A DNA stretch of 64,000 bases from Candidatus Magasanikbacteria bacterium RIFOXYB2_FULL_38_10 (lineage in GTDB: Bacteria > Patescibacteriota > Patescibacteriia > Magasanikbacterales > UBA10003). The stretch spans positions 30,119 to 94,118 of the forward strand of contig MFQT01000017.1 of assembly GCA_001783145.1 (NCBI GenBank). Reading direction: 5' to 3'. Positions 47,551 through 57,841 of the stretch are shown here, in pieces; the stretch's first letter is position 1, and each line of letters starts with the position of its first letter. A model generated the notes under the pieces. It did no database searches and was not told the origin of the DNA. It saw only the letters and a program-made list of their open reading frames with translations. Position numbers and translations under genes: made by a program.

Positions 47551-49068
47551 TTAGATATTAATCAATTTTTCTAAAGATTCTTTAATGCGTCTTAAGGACT
47601 CTTCTTTGCCTAAGACCCATAAAAGATCAAAGGGGCCTGGCGATTTTTCCAATCCAGAAAGGGACACGCGTAAAGGCCAAAGAGTTGTTCCGATGTCCCA
47701 CTTTTTGTTGTCAATTTTTTTCAAAACAGCCTCTTCTATCCCCCGCACAGTCCATTCCCCAGAATAAACTTTAAAAAAGTTTATTAGTTCACTCAATCTT
47801 TCCTCGGTAATTTTTTTATCACTTTTTTTCCAAATCATTATTTGCGGATTAAAGTTGGGCTGTTTAAAGAAAAAATAAGTCGCCTCTGTTATTTCAGAGA
47901 CTTTTTTTAATCTTTCTTGAGTAATAGTTACAATTTTGGCGATTTTTTCTTTTTCTTCTATTGATAAATTTTGAACAACTAAATTACTTTCAATTAAATA
48001 GGGTAAACATTGGTCAATTAGATTATCAACGGTCATTTTTTTAAGGTATTGACTATTCAACCATTCTAATTTAGTCAAATCAAAAATAGCGCTAGCTTTT
48101 TGAATTTTATGTATATCAAAAAATTTGACTAATTCATCCAAACTAAAAACCTCTTGCTCTGTTCCCGAGTTCCAACCGAGCATAGCCACAAAATTATTCA
48201 GTGTTTCTGGTAAAAAACCATTTTTCAAATAATCTTCTACCGCCACGTCGCCTTGGCGTTTGCTCATCTTAACAATTTTACCGGTGACGGGATCCTTTCT
48301 CATGATTAAAGGCAAATGAATAAATTGTGGCCTGGGCCAACCTAAATAATCAAACAGAATTACATGTTTAGGGGTTGATGACAACCATTCTTCACCGCGT
48401 ATGATATGGGTTATTTTCATTAAATAGTCATCTACCACAACTGCCAGATGATAAGTGGGAAAGCCGTCGGATTTAATTAAAACTTGATCATCAATTAATT
48501 TATTTTCAAATACTATTTCACCGTGTACCAAATCATTAAATTTCGTCGTTCCTTTTCTTGGCACGGCTAACCTGATAACATAAGGCAAATTTTGTTCCAA
48601 ATTTTTAGCCACAGTCTCTTTATCTAAGTTACGACACAAACCATCATACATGGTGGGCTGATGGTTTAATTCTTGTTTGCGACGTACTTCATCCAAGCGT
48701 TCTGTAGAACAAAAACAATAATAGGCGTGGCCTTTTTTAACCAAATCCGAGGCGTATTTATTATAAATTTCCAGTCTTTTTGATTGAACATATGGACAGC
48801 AGTCCCCTCTTTCTATTATTTTTCCATTTTCCAAAAAAGGTCCTTCATCCCATTTCAAACTTAATTTTTCCAAAACAGAAAGGATATTTTCTAAAGCCCC
48901 TTCTACAAAACGTGTCCTGTCAGTATCTTCTATACGTAAAACAAAAGAGCCATTATTTTGTTTGGCAAAAAGATAGTTATAAAGAGCCGTTCTTAAACTG
49001 CCAATATGAACAAATCCTGTTGGGCTCGGGGCAAATCTAACCCTTATTTTGTTATTGTTTTTAAACAT
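47551..49068 (-). CDS. gltX: glutamate--tRNA ligase
   Basis: RFAPSPTGFVHIGSLRTALYNY (HIGH region) and KMSKR. Confidence 0.9.
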   Translation of the reverse strand: MFKNNNKIRVRFAPSPTGFVHIGSLRTALYNYLFAKQNNGSFVLRIEDTDRTRFVEGALENILSVLEKLSLKWDEGPFLENGKIIERGDCCPYVQSKRLEIYNKYASDLVKKGHAYYCFCSTERLDEVRRKQELNHQPTMYDGLCRNLDKETVAKNLEQNLPYVIRLAVPRKGTTKFNDLVHGEIVFENKLIDDQVLIKSDGFPTYHLAVVVDDYLMKITHIIRGEEWLSSTPKHVILFDYLGWPRPQFIHLPLIMRKDPVTGKIVKMSKRQGDVAVEDYLKNGFLPETLNNFVAMLGWNSGTEQEVFSLDELVKFFDIHKIQKASAIFDLTKLEWLNSQYLKKMTVDNLIDQCLPYLIESNLVVQNLSIEEKEKIAKIVTITQERLKKVSEITEATYFFFKQPNFNPQIMIWKKSDKKITEERLSELINFFKVYSGEWTVRGIEEAVLKKIDNKKWDIGTTLWPLRVSLSGLEKSPGPFDLLWVLGKEESLRRIKESLEKLINI

Positions 49069-49089
49069 AAATCTTAAATCCAGTATATC

Positions 49090-50373
49090 TTATTTAATTT
49101 GAGCCGGCAACCTACAAGAGCAATCTTCAAGCAAGATTTCTAGCGATCGGCGTCTTAAAGGATGGATTATCCTTTTTAATTCTTCTAAACTAACCCACTT
49201 ATAATCACATAATTCCTGCTTATCTAAATTTATTTCCAGCCCATCACCGTCATATTTAAGTAAAAAAATATATTTTTCAACGCCGCGATATTTTTTAAAC
49301 CTGCTTTTTTTAGCGGAATTGGTTGTCCGCTCGTAAAAGTAAGGTTTTTTAGCTTCACACAAAACAGAGGTCTTAAAACCAGTTTCTTCTTCTATTTCTC
49401 TTATAACCGCCCTTTCAAGTGATTCGCCTGGTTCAACTCCGCCTTGAGGCGGTTGCCATTGTTCTGTGTATAAAGAATAGAAATCAAAATGTTCCGGAGT
49501 CCTTTTGGCAATAAAAAATTGACCGGAGTTATTGACTATAAAGCCAGCTACTCCCCTTCTAAATTTTTTTTTGAGTATTTTTTTATATTCCCAAATTAAG
49601 CGTAAAAATATAATAGTAGCTTTGAACACTCTTTGTGTTCGATACCTAGGATTAGTAAACAAACGCCATAACCATTCTAAACCGATAACACGGGCTAATT
49701 TAGGCGCTCTTAAGGCCACTCCGGAGATATAATCAAAAGCTCCTCCCACCCCCACAGCTATTTTAACACTTGGCATTTGCGACAAAAAAGAAACCAACCA
49801 CTTTTCTTGTTTAAGGTGGCCAAAAGCTACAAATAAAAGATCGGGTTTAACTTGATTAATGTCGTTTATTATTTTTTGATTTTCTTTTCTATTAAACGAC
49901 AAACCGGTTAAAAACTCATTATGCCAAATTCTTTTATTTTTATCATTTTGAGAGAATTCAATTTTTAATCCGGGATTAGCTCCTGCAATTCTAAGGTGAG
50001 GATATAATTTAACTAATTTTTTAGCAGTTTCTTCCACTACTTTTTTACTTGCCCCTAAAAGATAAATACTCTTATTTTCCATTTGAGCAATCTTGCAGAT
50101 GCCCAACATCAGGTCACTTCCGGGAAACCGAGAAATTTTTTTACCATAAAGAAATAAAGAAGCTAAAATTAAACCAAAACCATCAGCGATATTTAAACTG
50201 CTACGGTAAAAAATTTCCTTAAAAAACCAATCTTGTTCACTATCTACCAGTATTTCTGGATTGGGCGTAGTAATTAGGTTTTGCCCCTTATTCTGTAAAA
50301 ATTCTTTAATTTTAACTAAAATTTGGTTTCTAGATAGGTTGTCTATAGGAACACCTAAAATAGGAGTACGCAT
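49090..50373 (-). CDS. fusion protein: WecG/TagA/CpsF (GT26) glycosyltransferase plus C-terminal NUDIX hydrolase
   Basis: The N-terminal ~255 aa is GT26-like (ITTPNPE, VGVGGAFD, GLEWLWR). The C-terminus carries the Nudix box GGVEPGESLERAVIREIEEETG. Confidence 0.7.
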   Translation of the reverse strand: MRTPILGVPIDNLSRNQILVKIKEFLQNKGQNLITTPNPEILVDSEQDWFFKEIFYRSSLNIADGFGLILASLFLYGKKISRFPGSDLMLGICKIAQMENKSIYLLGASKKVVEETAKKLVKLYPHLRIAGANPGLKIEFSQNDKNKRIWHNEFLTGLSFNRKENQKIINDINQVKPDLLFVAFGHLKQEKWLVSFLSQMPSVKIAVGVGGAFDYISGVALRAPKLARVIGLEWLWRLFTNPRYRTQRVFKATIIFLRLIWEYKKILKKKFRRGVAGFIVNNSGQFFIAKRTPEHFDFYSLYTEQWQPPQGGVEPGESLERAVIREIEEETGFKTSVLCEAKKPYFYERTTNSAKKSRFKKYRGVEKYIFLLKYDGDGLEINLDKQELCDYKWVSLEELKRIIHPLRRRSLEILLEDCSCRLPAQIK

Positions 50374-50450
50374 ATAACCATATAATAACTTAAAATTGAA
50401 TTTTTGGCAAAAAAAATAATTAAGCTAATTTCAGCCAAAAAATTCACTTC

Positions 50451-50479
50451 TTGACTTATTCATATAATAAATGTAATAT
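50451..50479 (+). promoter_or_regulatory. candidate promoter of clpB
   Basis: TTGACT (50451-50456), a 17-nt spacer, then TAATAT (50474-50479). Confidence 0.5.
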
Positions 50480-50486
50480 AAGAATA

Positions 50487-50513
50487 TTAGCACTCTCACT
50501 TAATGAGTGCTAA
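50487..50513 (+). promoter_or_regulatory. CIRCE operator (HrcA binding site)
   Basis: TTAGCACTC-N9-GAGTGCTAA is a perfect match to the CIRCE consensus, sitting between the -10 box and the clpB start. Confidence 0.85.
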
Positions 50514-50533
50514 AAAATAATTGATTTTATTTT

Positions 50534-53170
50534 ATGAACCCACAAAATTTTACAGTTAAATCTCAAGAAGCTTTAGCTCGTGCTCAACAAATTTCTCAAG
50601 AATATAATAATCCTAATTTAGAATCAATTCATTTGTTAGCTTCTTTAACCGAACAAGAAGAAGGTGTGCCGGTTTTGGTATTTAGAAAAATTGGTTTAAA
50701 TATTGGTATTTTAAAACAGCAAATTGAACAAGAGCTAAATAAAATTCCTAAAGGACAGCCTCCGCGCCAAGGCGGAGTTGGTCAAATTTTTATTAGTCAG
50801 GACATGATGAATATTTTAAATGAATCTGGGAAACAGGCGCAAAATTTAAAAGATGATTATATTTCTACCGAACATTTACTTCTGGCACTTTTAGAATTTA
50901 ACTCTCCTACTAAAAAATTACTGAATAACTTGGGCATTGATTATGATCAAACTTTAAAAGTTTTGGCCAGTGTACGTGGCACACAAAAGGTTGATTCTCC
51001 GGAACCGGAAACCAAATATAATGCTTTAGAAAAATATGGCAAAAATTTAACTCAACTGGCTAGACAAAAAAAGTTAGACCCCGTAATTGGGCGCGACGAA
51101 GAGATTCGTCGGGTAATGCAAGTTTTATCTCGTCGTACAAAAAATAATCCGGTGTTGATTGGCGAACCAGGTACTGGCAAAACTGCCATTGCCGAAGGTT
51201 TGGCTCAACGTATTATTTCCGGCGATGTACCAGAAACACTAAAGGACAAAGAATTAATATCTTTAGATATTGGTTCTTTAGTTGCCGGTACCAAATTTCG
51301 CGGCGAATTTGAAGAACGCCTTAAAGCTGTTTTAAAAGAAATTGGGGCGGCTACTGGTAAAATTATTTTGTTTATTGATGAATTGCACACCATTGTGGGC
51401 GCAGGTGGATCTGAAGGGGCGATTGATGCTTCTAACATGCTTAAACCGGCCTTGGCACGCGGAGAATTACACGCCATTGGAGCCACAACCTTAAAAGAAT
51501 ATCAAAAATACATAGAAAAAGATGCGGCTCTAGAGAGACGCTTTCAACCGGTACTTGTTAATGAGCCAAATACTGCCGATGCTATCGCTATTTTGCGCGG
51601 TATTAAAGAAAAATATGAAGTCCATCACGGCGTACGTATTACGGATTCGGCTATTGTTTCGGCCGTGGAATTATCCGTTCGTTATATTACTGATAGATTT
51701 TTACCCGATAAGGCCATTGATTTAATAGACGAAGCCGCCTCTTCTCTGCGTATGGAAATAGATTCCATGCCTTTGGATTTAGATAAAATGAAACGGGAAA
51801 TAATGAAATTAGAGATTGAAAAAACGGCTTTATCCAAAGAATCTGATAAAGACAGTAAAGATAAAATTAAGAAAATAGAAAGACAACTGGCTGATTTAAA
51901 AGAACAATCGGCAGAATTAGAATTACACTGGAAAAATGAAAAAGAAATTATTACCAAAATCAGAGAATTAAAAAAGAAGCTAGAACAATTAAAACAAGAA
52001 GCGGAAATTGCCGAACGTAAAAGTGAATTACAAAAAGTGGCGGAAATTCGTTATGGCACCATTCCGGCTACGGAAAAAGAAATCAAAAGTCAAGAAAAAA
52101 AATTGGTGGAAACTCAAAAATCACACCGTATCTTGAAAGAAGAAGTTTCCGAAGAAGATGTTGCCAATATCGTGGCCCGTTGGACCGGTATTCCCGTTTC
52201 TAAAATGTTACAAAAAGAAACAGCTAAATTGGCAAAGATGGAAAGTGAATTGCAAAAACGAGTCGTTGGTCAAATGGATGCCATCAAATCTGTTTCTAAC
52301 GCTGTCCGTCGTAACCGTGCCGGCATTAGTGAAGAGAATCGCCCTATCGGTTCCTTTATCTTTTTAGGTCAAACGGGCGTAGGCAAAACAGAACTGGCCA
52401 AGGCTTTGGCTGAATTTATGTTTAACAGTGAAGATTCTTTGGTTAGATTGGATATGTCTGAATATATGGAGAAACATAGTGTTTCTAAGATGGTAGGGTC
52501 CCCTCCCGGCTATGTCGGCTATGAGGAAGGAGGCCAACTTACGGAAATAGTGCGTCGCAAACCCTACTGTGTCATTTTGTTTGATGAAATTGAGAAAGCC
52601 CATCCTGACATTTTTAATATGTTATTACAAATTTTAGAAGACGGAAGGCTTACTGATACCAAGGGCCGCCATGTTAATTTTAAAAACACCATTATTATCA
52701 TGACTTCCAATTTGGGAAGTGAATTAATTTTAGAAGCCAAAGAAAAAGGAGATTTTGGTTTTACCTCGGGAGACGAAAAAAACAAAAATCTTGACAGGAT
52801 TATTCAAGATAAGATATTGGAAGTTCTTCGCGATCATTTTAAGCCGGAATTTTTAAACAGAATTGATGAAATTATAACTTTTCACTCTCTTAAGGAAAAA
52901 GAAATTGAGCAAATTGTTGATTTACAATTAGTTAGGGTTGTTAAAAGATTGGAAGAAAAGAAAATTAAGATTAAAATTGTTGAAAAGGCTAAAAAATATT
53001 TAGCGGAAAAAGGATTTAGCCCTATTTTTGGTGCCAGACCCTTAAAAAGAGTTATTCAATCAGAGCTTTTAGATCCTTTGGCCTTAGAGATAATTGAAGG
53101 AAAAATTAAGTCAGGAGATAGCGTTTTAGTTGATTTAGAAAAAAACAAGCTTAATTTAACAATTAAATAA
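50534..53170 (+). CDS. clpB: ATP-dependent chaperone/disaggregase ClpB
   Basis: Clp N-domain, two AAA+ modules ([16 protein letters not shown]) and a long middle coiled coil. Confidence 0.95.
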   Translation: MNPQNFTVKSQEALARAQQISQEYNNPNLESIHLLASLTEQEEGVPVLVFRKIGLNIGILKQQIEQELNKIPKGQPPRQGGVGQIFISQDMMNILNESGKQAQNLKDDYISTEHLLLALLEFNSPTKKLLNNLGIDYDQTLKVLASVRGTQKVDSPEPETKYNALEKYGKNLTQLARQKKLDPVIGRDEEIRRVMQVLSRRTKNNPVLIGEPGTGKTAIAEGLAQRIISGDVPETLKDKELISLDIGSLVAGTKFRGEFEERLKAVLKEIGAATGKIILFIDELHTIVGAGGSEGAIDASNMLKPALARGELHAIGATTLKEYQKYIEKDAALERRFQPVLVNEPNTADAIAILRGIKEKYEVHHGVRITDSAIVSAVELSVRYITDRFLPDKAIDLIDEAASSLRMEIDSMPLDLDKMKREIMKLEIEKTALSKESDKDSKDKIKKIERQLADLKEQSAELELHWKNEKEIITKIRELKKKLEQLKQEAEIAERKSELQKVAEIRYGTIPATEKEIKSQEKKLVETQKSHRILKEEVSEEDVANIVARWTGIPVSKMLQKETAKLAKMESELQKRVVGQMDAIKSVSNAVRRNRAGISEENRPIGSFIFLGQTGVGKTELAKALAEFMFNSEDSLVRLDMSEYMEKHSVSKMVGSPPGYVGYEEGGQLTEIVRRKPYCVILFDEIEKAHPDIFNMLLQILEDGRLTDTKGRHVNFKNTIIIMTSNLGSELILEAKEKGDFGFTSGDEKNKNLDRIIQDKILEVLRDHFKPEFLNRIDEIITFHSLKEKEIEQIVDLQLVRVVKRLEEKKIKIKIVEKAKKYLAEKGFSPIFGARPLKRVIQSELLDPLALEIIEGKIKSGDSVLVDLEKNKLNLTIK

Positions 53171-53207
53171 TTTTGATTTTTGCGTCCAAAAATGGTAAAC
53201 TTAAAAC

Positions 53208-54644
53208 ATGAAAAATAAGATTAGAATAACAATTTTTATATTGGCTTTTTTGGTATTTTTTTTACCCAATTTCTCGCCTCTTTTAGCTCAAATTGCGGCA
53301 ATAAATGAACCCGTTAATCCTCTTTTTAATCCTAATCATATTATTTCTGACGCGGAGATGACAGATTACGCTTGTATGAATTTGGAAGAAATAGATAATT
53401 TTTTAAAAAATAAGACCGGAATTTTAAACAATTATGAAATTCTTGAACCTTCTACCAGCCTAAACTTAAAAGCTTCACAAATAATTTACAATGCGGCACA
53501 GAATTATAAAATAAATCCTAAGGTTCTTCTGGTACTTCTTCAAAAAGAACAAAGCTTAGTGGAAAATCCCAACCCCACTCAATATAACTTTGATTGGGCC
53601 GCCGGTTACGCTCGTTGTGATTCTTGCGGACCGCTTGATCCAACCGCCTTAAGATACAAAGGTTTTGCTAAACAAGTTGATGGAGCCGCAGGAGCTTTGC
53701 GATTTTATACCGACAACCAAAATGAAGGTTGGGCTAAAAAGCCAGGCTTAATCTACAATATTGATTCCATTCCAGTCATTCCCGCTAATGTAGCTACGGC
53801 AAATCTTTACACCTATACCCCCCATTTTCGCGGTAATTACAATTTTTGGAAAATTTGGAATAGATGGTTTTCGCAAAAATTTCCCGACGGTATGATTGTA
53901 CAAGTTCCCAATAGCGATCAAATTTATCTTATCCAAAGTGGTAAAATCTTACCTTTTAAAAATAAAGCGGTCTTTTTATCTAGATACAACCCCAAAAGCA
54001 TCACTTTTGTTTCCGAAGTTGACCTAAATTTTTATCCCAAGGGACAGGAGATCAAATTTTTAAATTATTCTTTAATTAAAACCGATAAAAACCATACTTA
54101 TCTTTTGGTAGATGAAAAAAAACGGTTGATTGATAAAATGGCCATGAAATATTACGGATTTGGCACTGATGAAGTGATTACCGGCACAGAAGAAAATTTA
54201 GCAATCTATCTTGAGGGTGCCCCTGTCTCTGTTAAAGCTAAATATCCTTTAGGTGCTTTGATGTTGGAAACCAAAAGTAATTCCTATTTTTTGGTAGAAG
54301 ATAGCATTAAGCATCCTATCTATGATAAAGAAATTGTTAAAATAAATTTTCCTAATAAAAAAATTGTAAAAACTACAGCCACGACTCTTAAAAAATACAG
54401 GGAAGGAAATCCCATCCTTTTAAATGATGGCGTTTGGGTAAAAACCAGTTCTTCTCCCGATGTCTTTATTATTTCTAATGGTAATAGAAGACTAATCAAA
54501 GACGAGACAACTTTTGAAGCACTGGGAGGCCGACAAGAAAACTTAGTAATTCTTAATGAAAAAGCCCTGGCTACTCATCCTTTGGGTGACACCATCAGTT
54601 TAAACAATCAATCAATTTCTCTAACTCAAGCTAATAACAATTAA
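53208..54644 (+). CDS. hypothetical secreted or anchored protein
   Basis: N-terminal hydrophobic signal/anchor in a 478-aa protein. No family confidently recognised. Confidence 0.45.
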   Translation: MKNKIRITIFILAFLVFFLPNFSPLLAQIAAINEPVNPLFNPNHIISDAEMTDYACMNLEEIDNFLKNKTGILNNYEILEPSTSLNLKASQIIYNAAQNYKINPKVLLVLLQKEQSLVENPNPTQYNFDWAAGYARCDSCGPLDPTALRYKGFAKQVDGAAGALRFYTDNQNEGWAKKPGLIYNIDSIPVIPANVATANLYTYTPHFRGNYNFWKIWNRWFSQKFPDGMIVQVPNSDQIYLIQSGKILPFKNKAVFLSRYNPKSITFVSEVDLNFYPKGQEIKFLNYSLIKTDKNHTYLLVDEKKRLIDKMAMKYYGFGTDEVITGTEENLAIYLEGAPVSVKAKYPLGALMLETKSNSYFLVEDSIKHPIYDKEIVKINFPNKKIVKTTATTLKKYREGNPILLNDGVWVKTSSSPDVFIISNGNRRLIKDETTFEALGGRQENLVILNEKALATHPLGDTISLNNQSISLTQANNN

Positions 54645-54645
54645 T

Positions 54646-55440
54646 ATGTCCTTAGTTTTTGCTGCCCTCTCCCCCCACCCTCCGCTTTTGATACCTACTA
54701 TTGGCAGAGAAAATTTAAATAAATTAGAAAAAACCAAACAAGCCTTAGAGGAATTGGAAAAAGCTCTATATATTTCCCAGCCTGATACTCTTGTTTTAAT
54801 TACCCCTCATGGAAAAATTTTTAAAGATTCATTTACTATCAATGCCAACCCGGAATTTAATTTTGATTTTAAAGAATTTGGAGATATTTCAACACAGGGT
54901 AATTTTAAAGCCGATTTGAATTTAATAGCCGATGTTTCTAATGCGGCTAAAAATCAAAATTTTCCCTTAATTTTGAATAGTGAACCCTCTCTTGATTACG
55001 GTTCGGCCGTACCTTTATATTACTTATCAAGACATCTTAATAGGTTAAAGGTTGTACCTATCAGTTATTCCTTACTTGAGCTTAAAAGACAAGTGGATTT
55101 TGGTTATTTTTTAAAAGAAGTTTTCATGAATTCTGCCAAACGTATTGCTGTTATTGCATCGGGCGATCTTTCCCACTGTTTATCCGATTCTGGTCCCGGG
55201 GGTTTTTCCCCGGCTGGGAAAAAATTTGATGATTTGGTTTTAGAAAGTTTAAAAAATAAAAATACTACAGGCTTGATGAATATTGAACAAACGATGAGTT
55301 CAGAGGCTCGCGAATGCGGTTTGCGTTCCCTATTAATACTTATGGGCGTACTAAGAAACGTTAATTATGATTTAAAAATTTATTCTTACGAAAGTCCTTT
55401 TGGCATAGGTCACCTAGTGGTTAATTTTTCTTTAGAATAA
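54646..55440 (+). CDS. LigB/Memo-superfamily protein (class III extradiol dioxygenase-like fold)
   Basis: ALSPHPP, SLDYGSAVPL and ASGDLSH motifs resemble LigB-family metal ligand regions. Confidence 0.45.
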   Translation: MSLVFAALSPHPPLLIPTIGRENLNKLEKTKQALEELEKALYISQPDTLVLITPHGKIFKDSFTINANPEFNFDFKEFGDISTQGNFKADLNLIADVSNAAKNQNFPLILNSEPSLDYGSAVPLYYLSRHLNRLKVVPISYSLLELKRQVDFGYFLKEVFMNSAKRIAVIASGDLSHCLSDSGPGGFSPAGKKFDDLVLESLKNKNTTGLMNIEQTMSSEARECGLRSLLILMGVLRNVNYDLKIYSYESPFGIGHLVVNFSLE

Positions 55441-55454
55441 ATTTTAAAATATCT

Positions 55455-55706
55455 ATGGAAGGGATCCAAAAAATAATCAAGCAGAAATTATCAGCAGAAA
55501 ATAAACAGATTCATTCCCCTTTGCAATACTGGGCCGATATCATTTCTCAGTCTTTTGGCGAAAGAAAAAAGTTTGGTATGTATTTAGGGATTATTAAACG
55601 AATAGGTTTAGAAGAAGCCAAAAAAATTTTTGCTGAAATAAAACAAAGCAATGTCCAAAATCCCGGAAAATTGTTTTTGTGGAAAAGTAAGCAAAAAAAA
55701 GATTAA
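55455..55706 (+). CDS. hypothetical 83-aa protein
   Basis: ORF only. It is tightly packed between neighbouring genes and has a basic C-terminus. Confidence 0.35.
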   Translation: MEGIQKIIKQKLSAENKQIHSPLQYWADIISQSFGERKKFGMYLGIIKRIGLEEAKKIFAEIKQSNVQNPGKLFLWKSKQKKD

Positions 55707-55707
55707 T

Positions 55708-56160
55708 ATGAGTTTACTTAATATAGTAACAACCCCCAGTTCAAAGCTCAAAAAACCTTCGGAGGATATTAAAAAGGAAAAAATTAAAGAATTTAAATCT
55801 TTGATTAAGAACATGCTGGAAACAATGTACCTTTCCGACGGTATTGGACTGGCGGCCGTACAAATAGGTCTAAACATAAACCTGGCAGTTATTGGCAAAG
55901 AAGCTACTTTAGATGACAAGGATTTGATTTTAATAAATCCTAAAATAATTAAACACTCTTGGAGAAAAATAATTGCCGAGGAAGGATGCCTCTCTGTTCC
56001 CGGAATAACTAAAAGAGTGCCCAGGTTTGCTAAAATAAAAGTTAAAGCCCTAAATCAAGATGGTCAATCTTTAAATTTTGATGCTTCTGATTTTTTAGCC
56101 AGAGTCATCCAGCATGAAATAGATCATTTGCAGGGTATTCTAATTACCGATTATGTATAA
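55708..56160 (+). CDS. def: peptide deformylase
   Basis: GIGLAAVQIG, EGCLS and HEIDHL motifs. The ATG at 55708 is used because the ORF's 5' extension overlaps the previous gene. Confidence 0.85.
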   Translation: MSLLNIVTTPSSKLKKPSEDIKKEKIKEFKSLIKNMLETMYLSDGIGLAAVQIGLNINLAVIGKEATLDDKDLILINPKIIKHSWRKIIAEEGCLSVPGITKRVPRFAKIKVKALNQDGQSLNFDASDFLARVIQHEIDHLQGILITDYV

Positions 56161-57076
56161 AGTTGTTTTTTTTGGAACACAAGAATTTGCTAAAGAAATT
56201 TTAGAAAAATTAATATCTGATAAGAATTTTAGCATAGAATTAGTAATTACCCCACCGGATAAACCTATTGGCAGAAAAAAAGAAATTTTTTTTTCTCCAG
56301 TTAAAAACTTGGCCTTAAAAGAAAAGATTAAAGTAGAACAGCCGGAAAATTTAAAAAATACTGCTTTAAATTTAAATTTTTTTGATGTAGGCGTGGTGGC
56401 TCAATATGGCTTTCTTATACCAAAAAAAATTCTAGAAATGCCTAAATTTGGAATGATTAATGTCCACACTTCTCTTTTACCTCTTTATCGCGGACCATCT
56501 CCTCTGCAAAGCGCTATTTTAAATAATGAAAAAAATACCGGTGTAACCATAATGAAGATGGATGAAGGTATGGATACCGGTCCGATTTTAAGTCAAAAAA
56601 AAATCAGCATCAATCCGGATGATATTTATCCTGTTTTGGAAAAAAAACTGGCACAAAAGGGATCCGACTTGTTAATACAAACTTTAAAGGATTATTTGCA
56701 AGGAAGAGTTGAACCACAAAATCAGATTGGCTCGCAGGCAACTTATACTAAAATTCTGCAAAAAAACGATGGTAAAATTGATCCTCAAAATTCTTGTCAA
56801 AAAATTTATGATAAATGGAGAGCTTTCTTTTCCTGGCCGGGAATTTTTTTAGAAGTTAATCCTTTAAAAATTAAATTAGTCAAAGTTGAATGCATTGAGG
56901 AATCCTTAACCCATTTATCCCCCGGATATTTAGTGGAATTCAAAAAAAACCGCTTAGGATTAATTTGCGGTGATAAGAAAATTCTAGAAATATTAGAAAT
57001 TCAGCCGGAAAATAAAAAGATAATGTCCGCCTCCTCATTTATTTCCGGATATAAAAAATTATTAAACACTCTTTAA
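56153..57076 (+). CDS. fmt: methionyl-tRNA formyltransferase
   Basis: INVHTSLLPLYRGPSPLQ motif, def-fmt pairing, and the C-terminal Fmt domain. Confidence 0.85.
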   Translation: MYKVVFFGTQEFAKEILEKLISDKNFSIELVITPPDKPIGRKKEIFFSPVKNLALKEKIKVEQPENLKNTALNLNFFDVGVVAQYGFLIPKKILEMPKFGMINVHTSLLPLYRGPSPLQSAILNNEKNTGVTIMKMDEGMDTGPILSQKKISINPDDIYPVLEKKLAQKGSDLLIQTLKDYLQGRVEPQNQIGSQATYTKILQKNDGKIDPQNSCQKIYDKWRAFFSWPGIFLEVNPLKIKLVKVECIEESLTHLSPGYLVEFKKNRLGLICGDKKILEILEIQPENKKIMSASSFISGYKKLLNTL

Positions 57077-57778
57077 TTTGTGCTTAGAAAGAACAAAATT
57101 TTTCCAATAAAAATATTTTTTTAGGGTCGGCAAGGGCAACCAAGGCATTTTATAAAGAAAAGAAGGCAGCCAACTGCTTAATCCATTGCTCCGTATATTA
57201 GCTTTAAATAAAAATTCCGGTACCCAAATGCCGGTTTTATTTTTTTCCAACATCGTCAGCCACATATCCCAATCTTGAAATTTTTGCAAATCTTCATCAA
57301 AGCCGGGAAAATCCCCCCTTCTAATTAAAGAGGCCATGGGGATAAAGTTAAAGGTTTTTAATTTTTGAGCATTAAATTTTTGACAGGGAAAGTCTTTCCA
57401 TCCGAATTTAAAAGAAGAATAAGCGTAAGAATTTTCAGGGTTATTTTGTAAGGCAGTTAAAAGTTTTTCTAAAAACAATTTATCGGCTTCAAGATCCGCA
57501 TCCCAAAAAATAACAAATTCGCCTTGAGATCGCTTAAAACCAAAATTTCTGGCTGCCGGTGCTCCTTGATGCGATCTTTCAAAAAAAAGAATCTGAGGAA
57601 AAAGTTTAGTTAAAATATTTTTATCATAAGAAGCATCTTTGGCATTAGAACCATCATCCACAACGATAATTTCTATTTTTTTAAAGATAGTTTGTTTAAC
57701 TAAAAACTTTAATGAGTTAAATAGCTCTGTATAATGATTGTAAACGGGAATAATTACAGAGATTAAAGGATTGGGCAT
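57062..57778 (-). CDS. family 2 glycosyltransferase
   Basis: ISVIIPVYN, VVDDGS and WDADL motifs. Confidence 0.7.
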   Translation of the reverse strand: MPNPLISVIIPVYNHYTELFNSLKFLVKQTIFKKIEIIVVDDGSNAKDASYDKNILTKLFPQILFFERSHQGAPAARNFGFKRSQGEFVIFWDADLEADKLFLEKLLTALQNNPENSYAYSSFKFGWKDFPCQKFNAQKLKTFNFIPMASLIRRGDFPGFDEDLQKFQDWDMWLTMLEKNKTGIWVPEFLFKANIRSNGLSSWLPSFLYKMPWLPLPTLKKYFYWKNFVLSKHKLKSV

Positions 57779-57841
57779 ATTTAGTGATTTTTATAATTCC
57801 TATGAGGCGAGCGACGGAATGCACAAGCGCCATGACAGCGC

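Noticed and set aside
57779-57841. Short GC-richer patch (gaggcgagcgacggaatgcacaagcgccatgacagcgc) between the GT4 and GT2 genes
   Set aside because: It is only ~40 nt and contains a small AGCGC/GCGCT hairpin. That is consistent with an intercistronic stem-loop, and the patch is too short to interpret as foreign DNA or an RNA gene.
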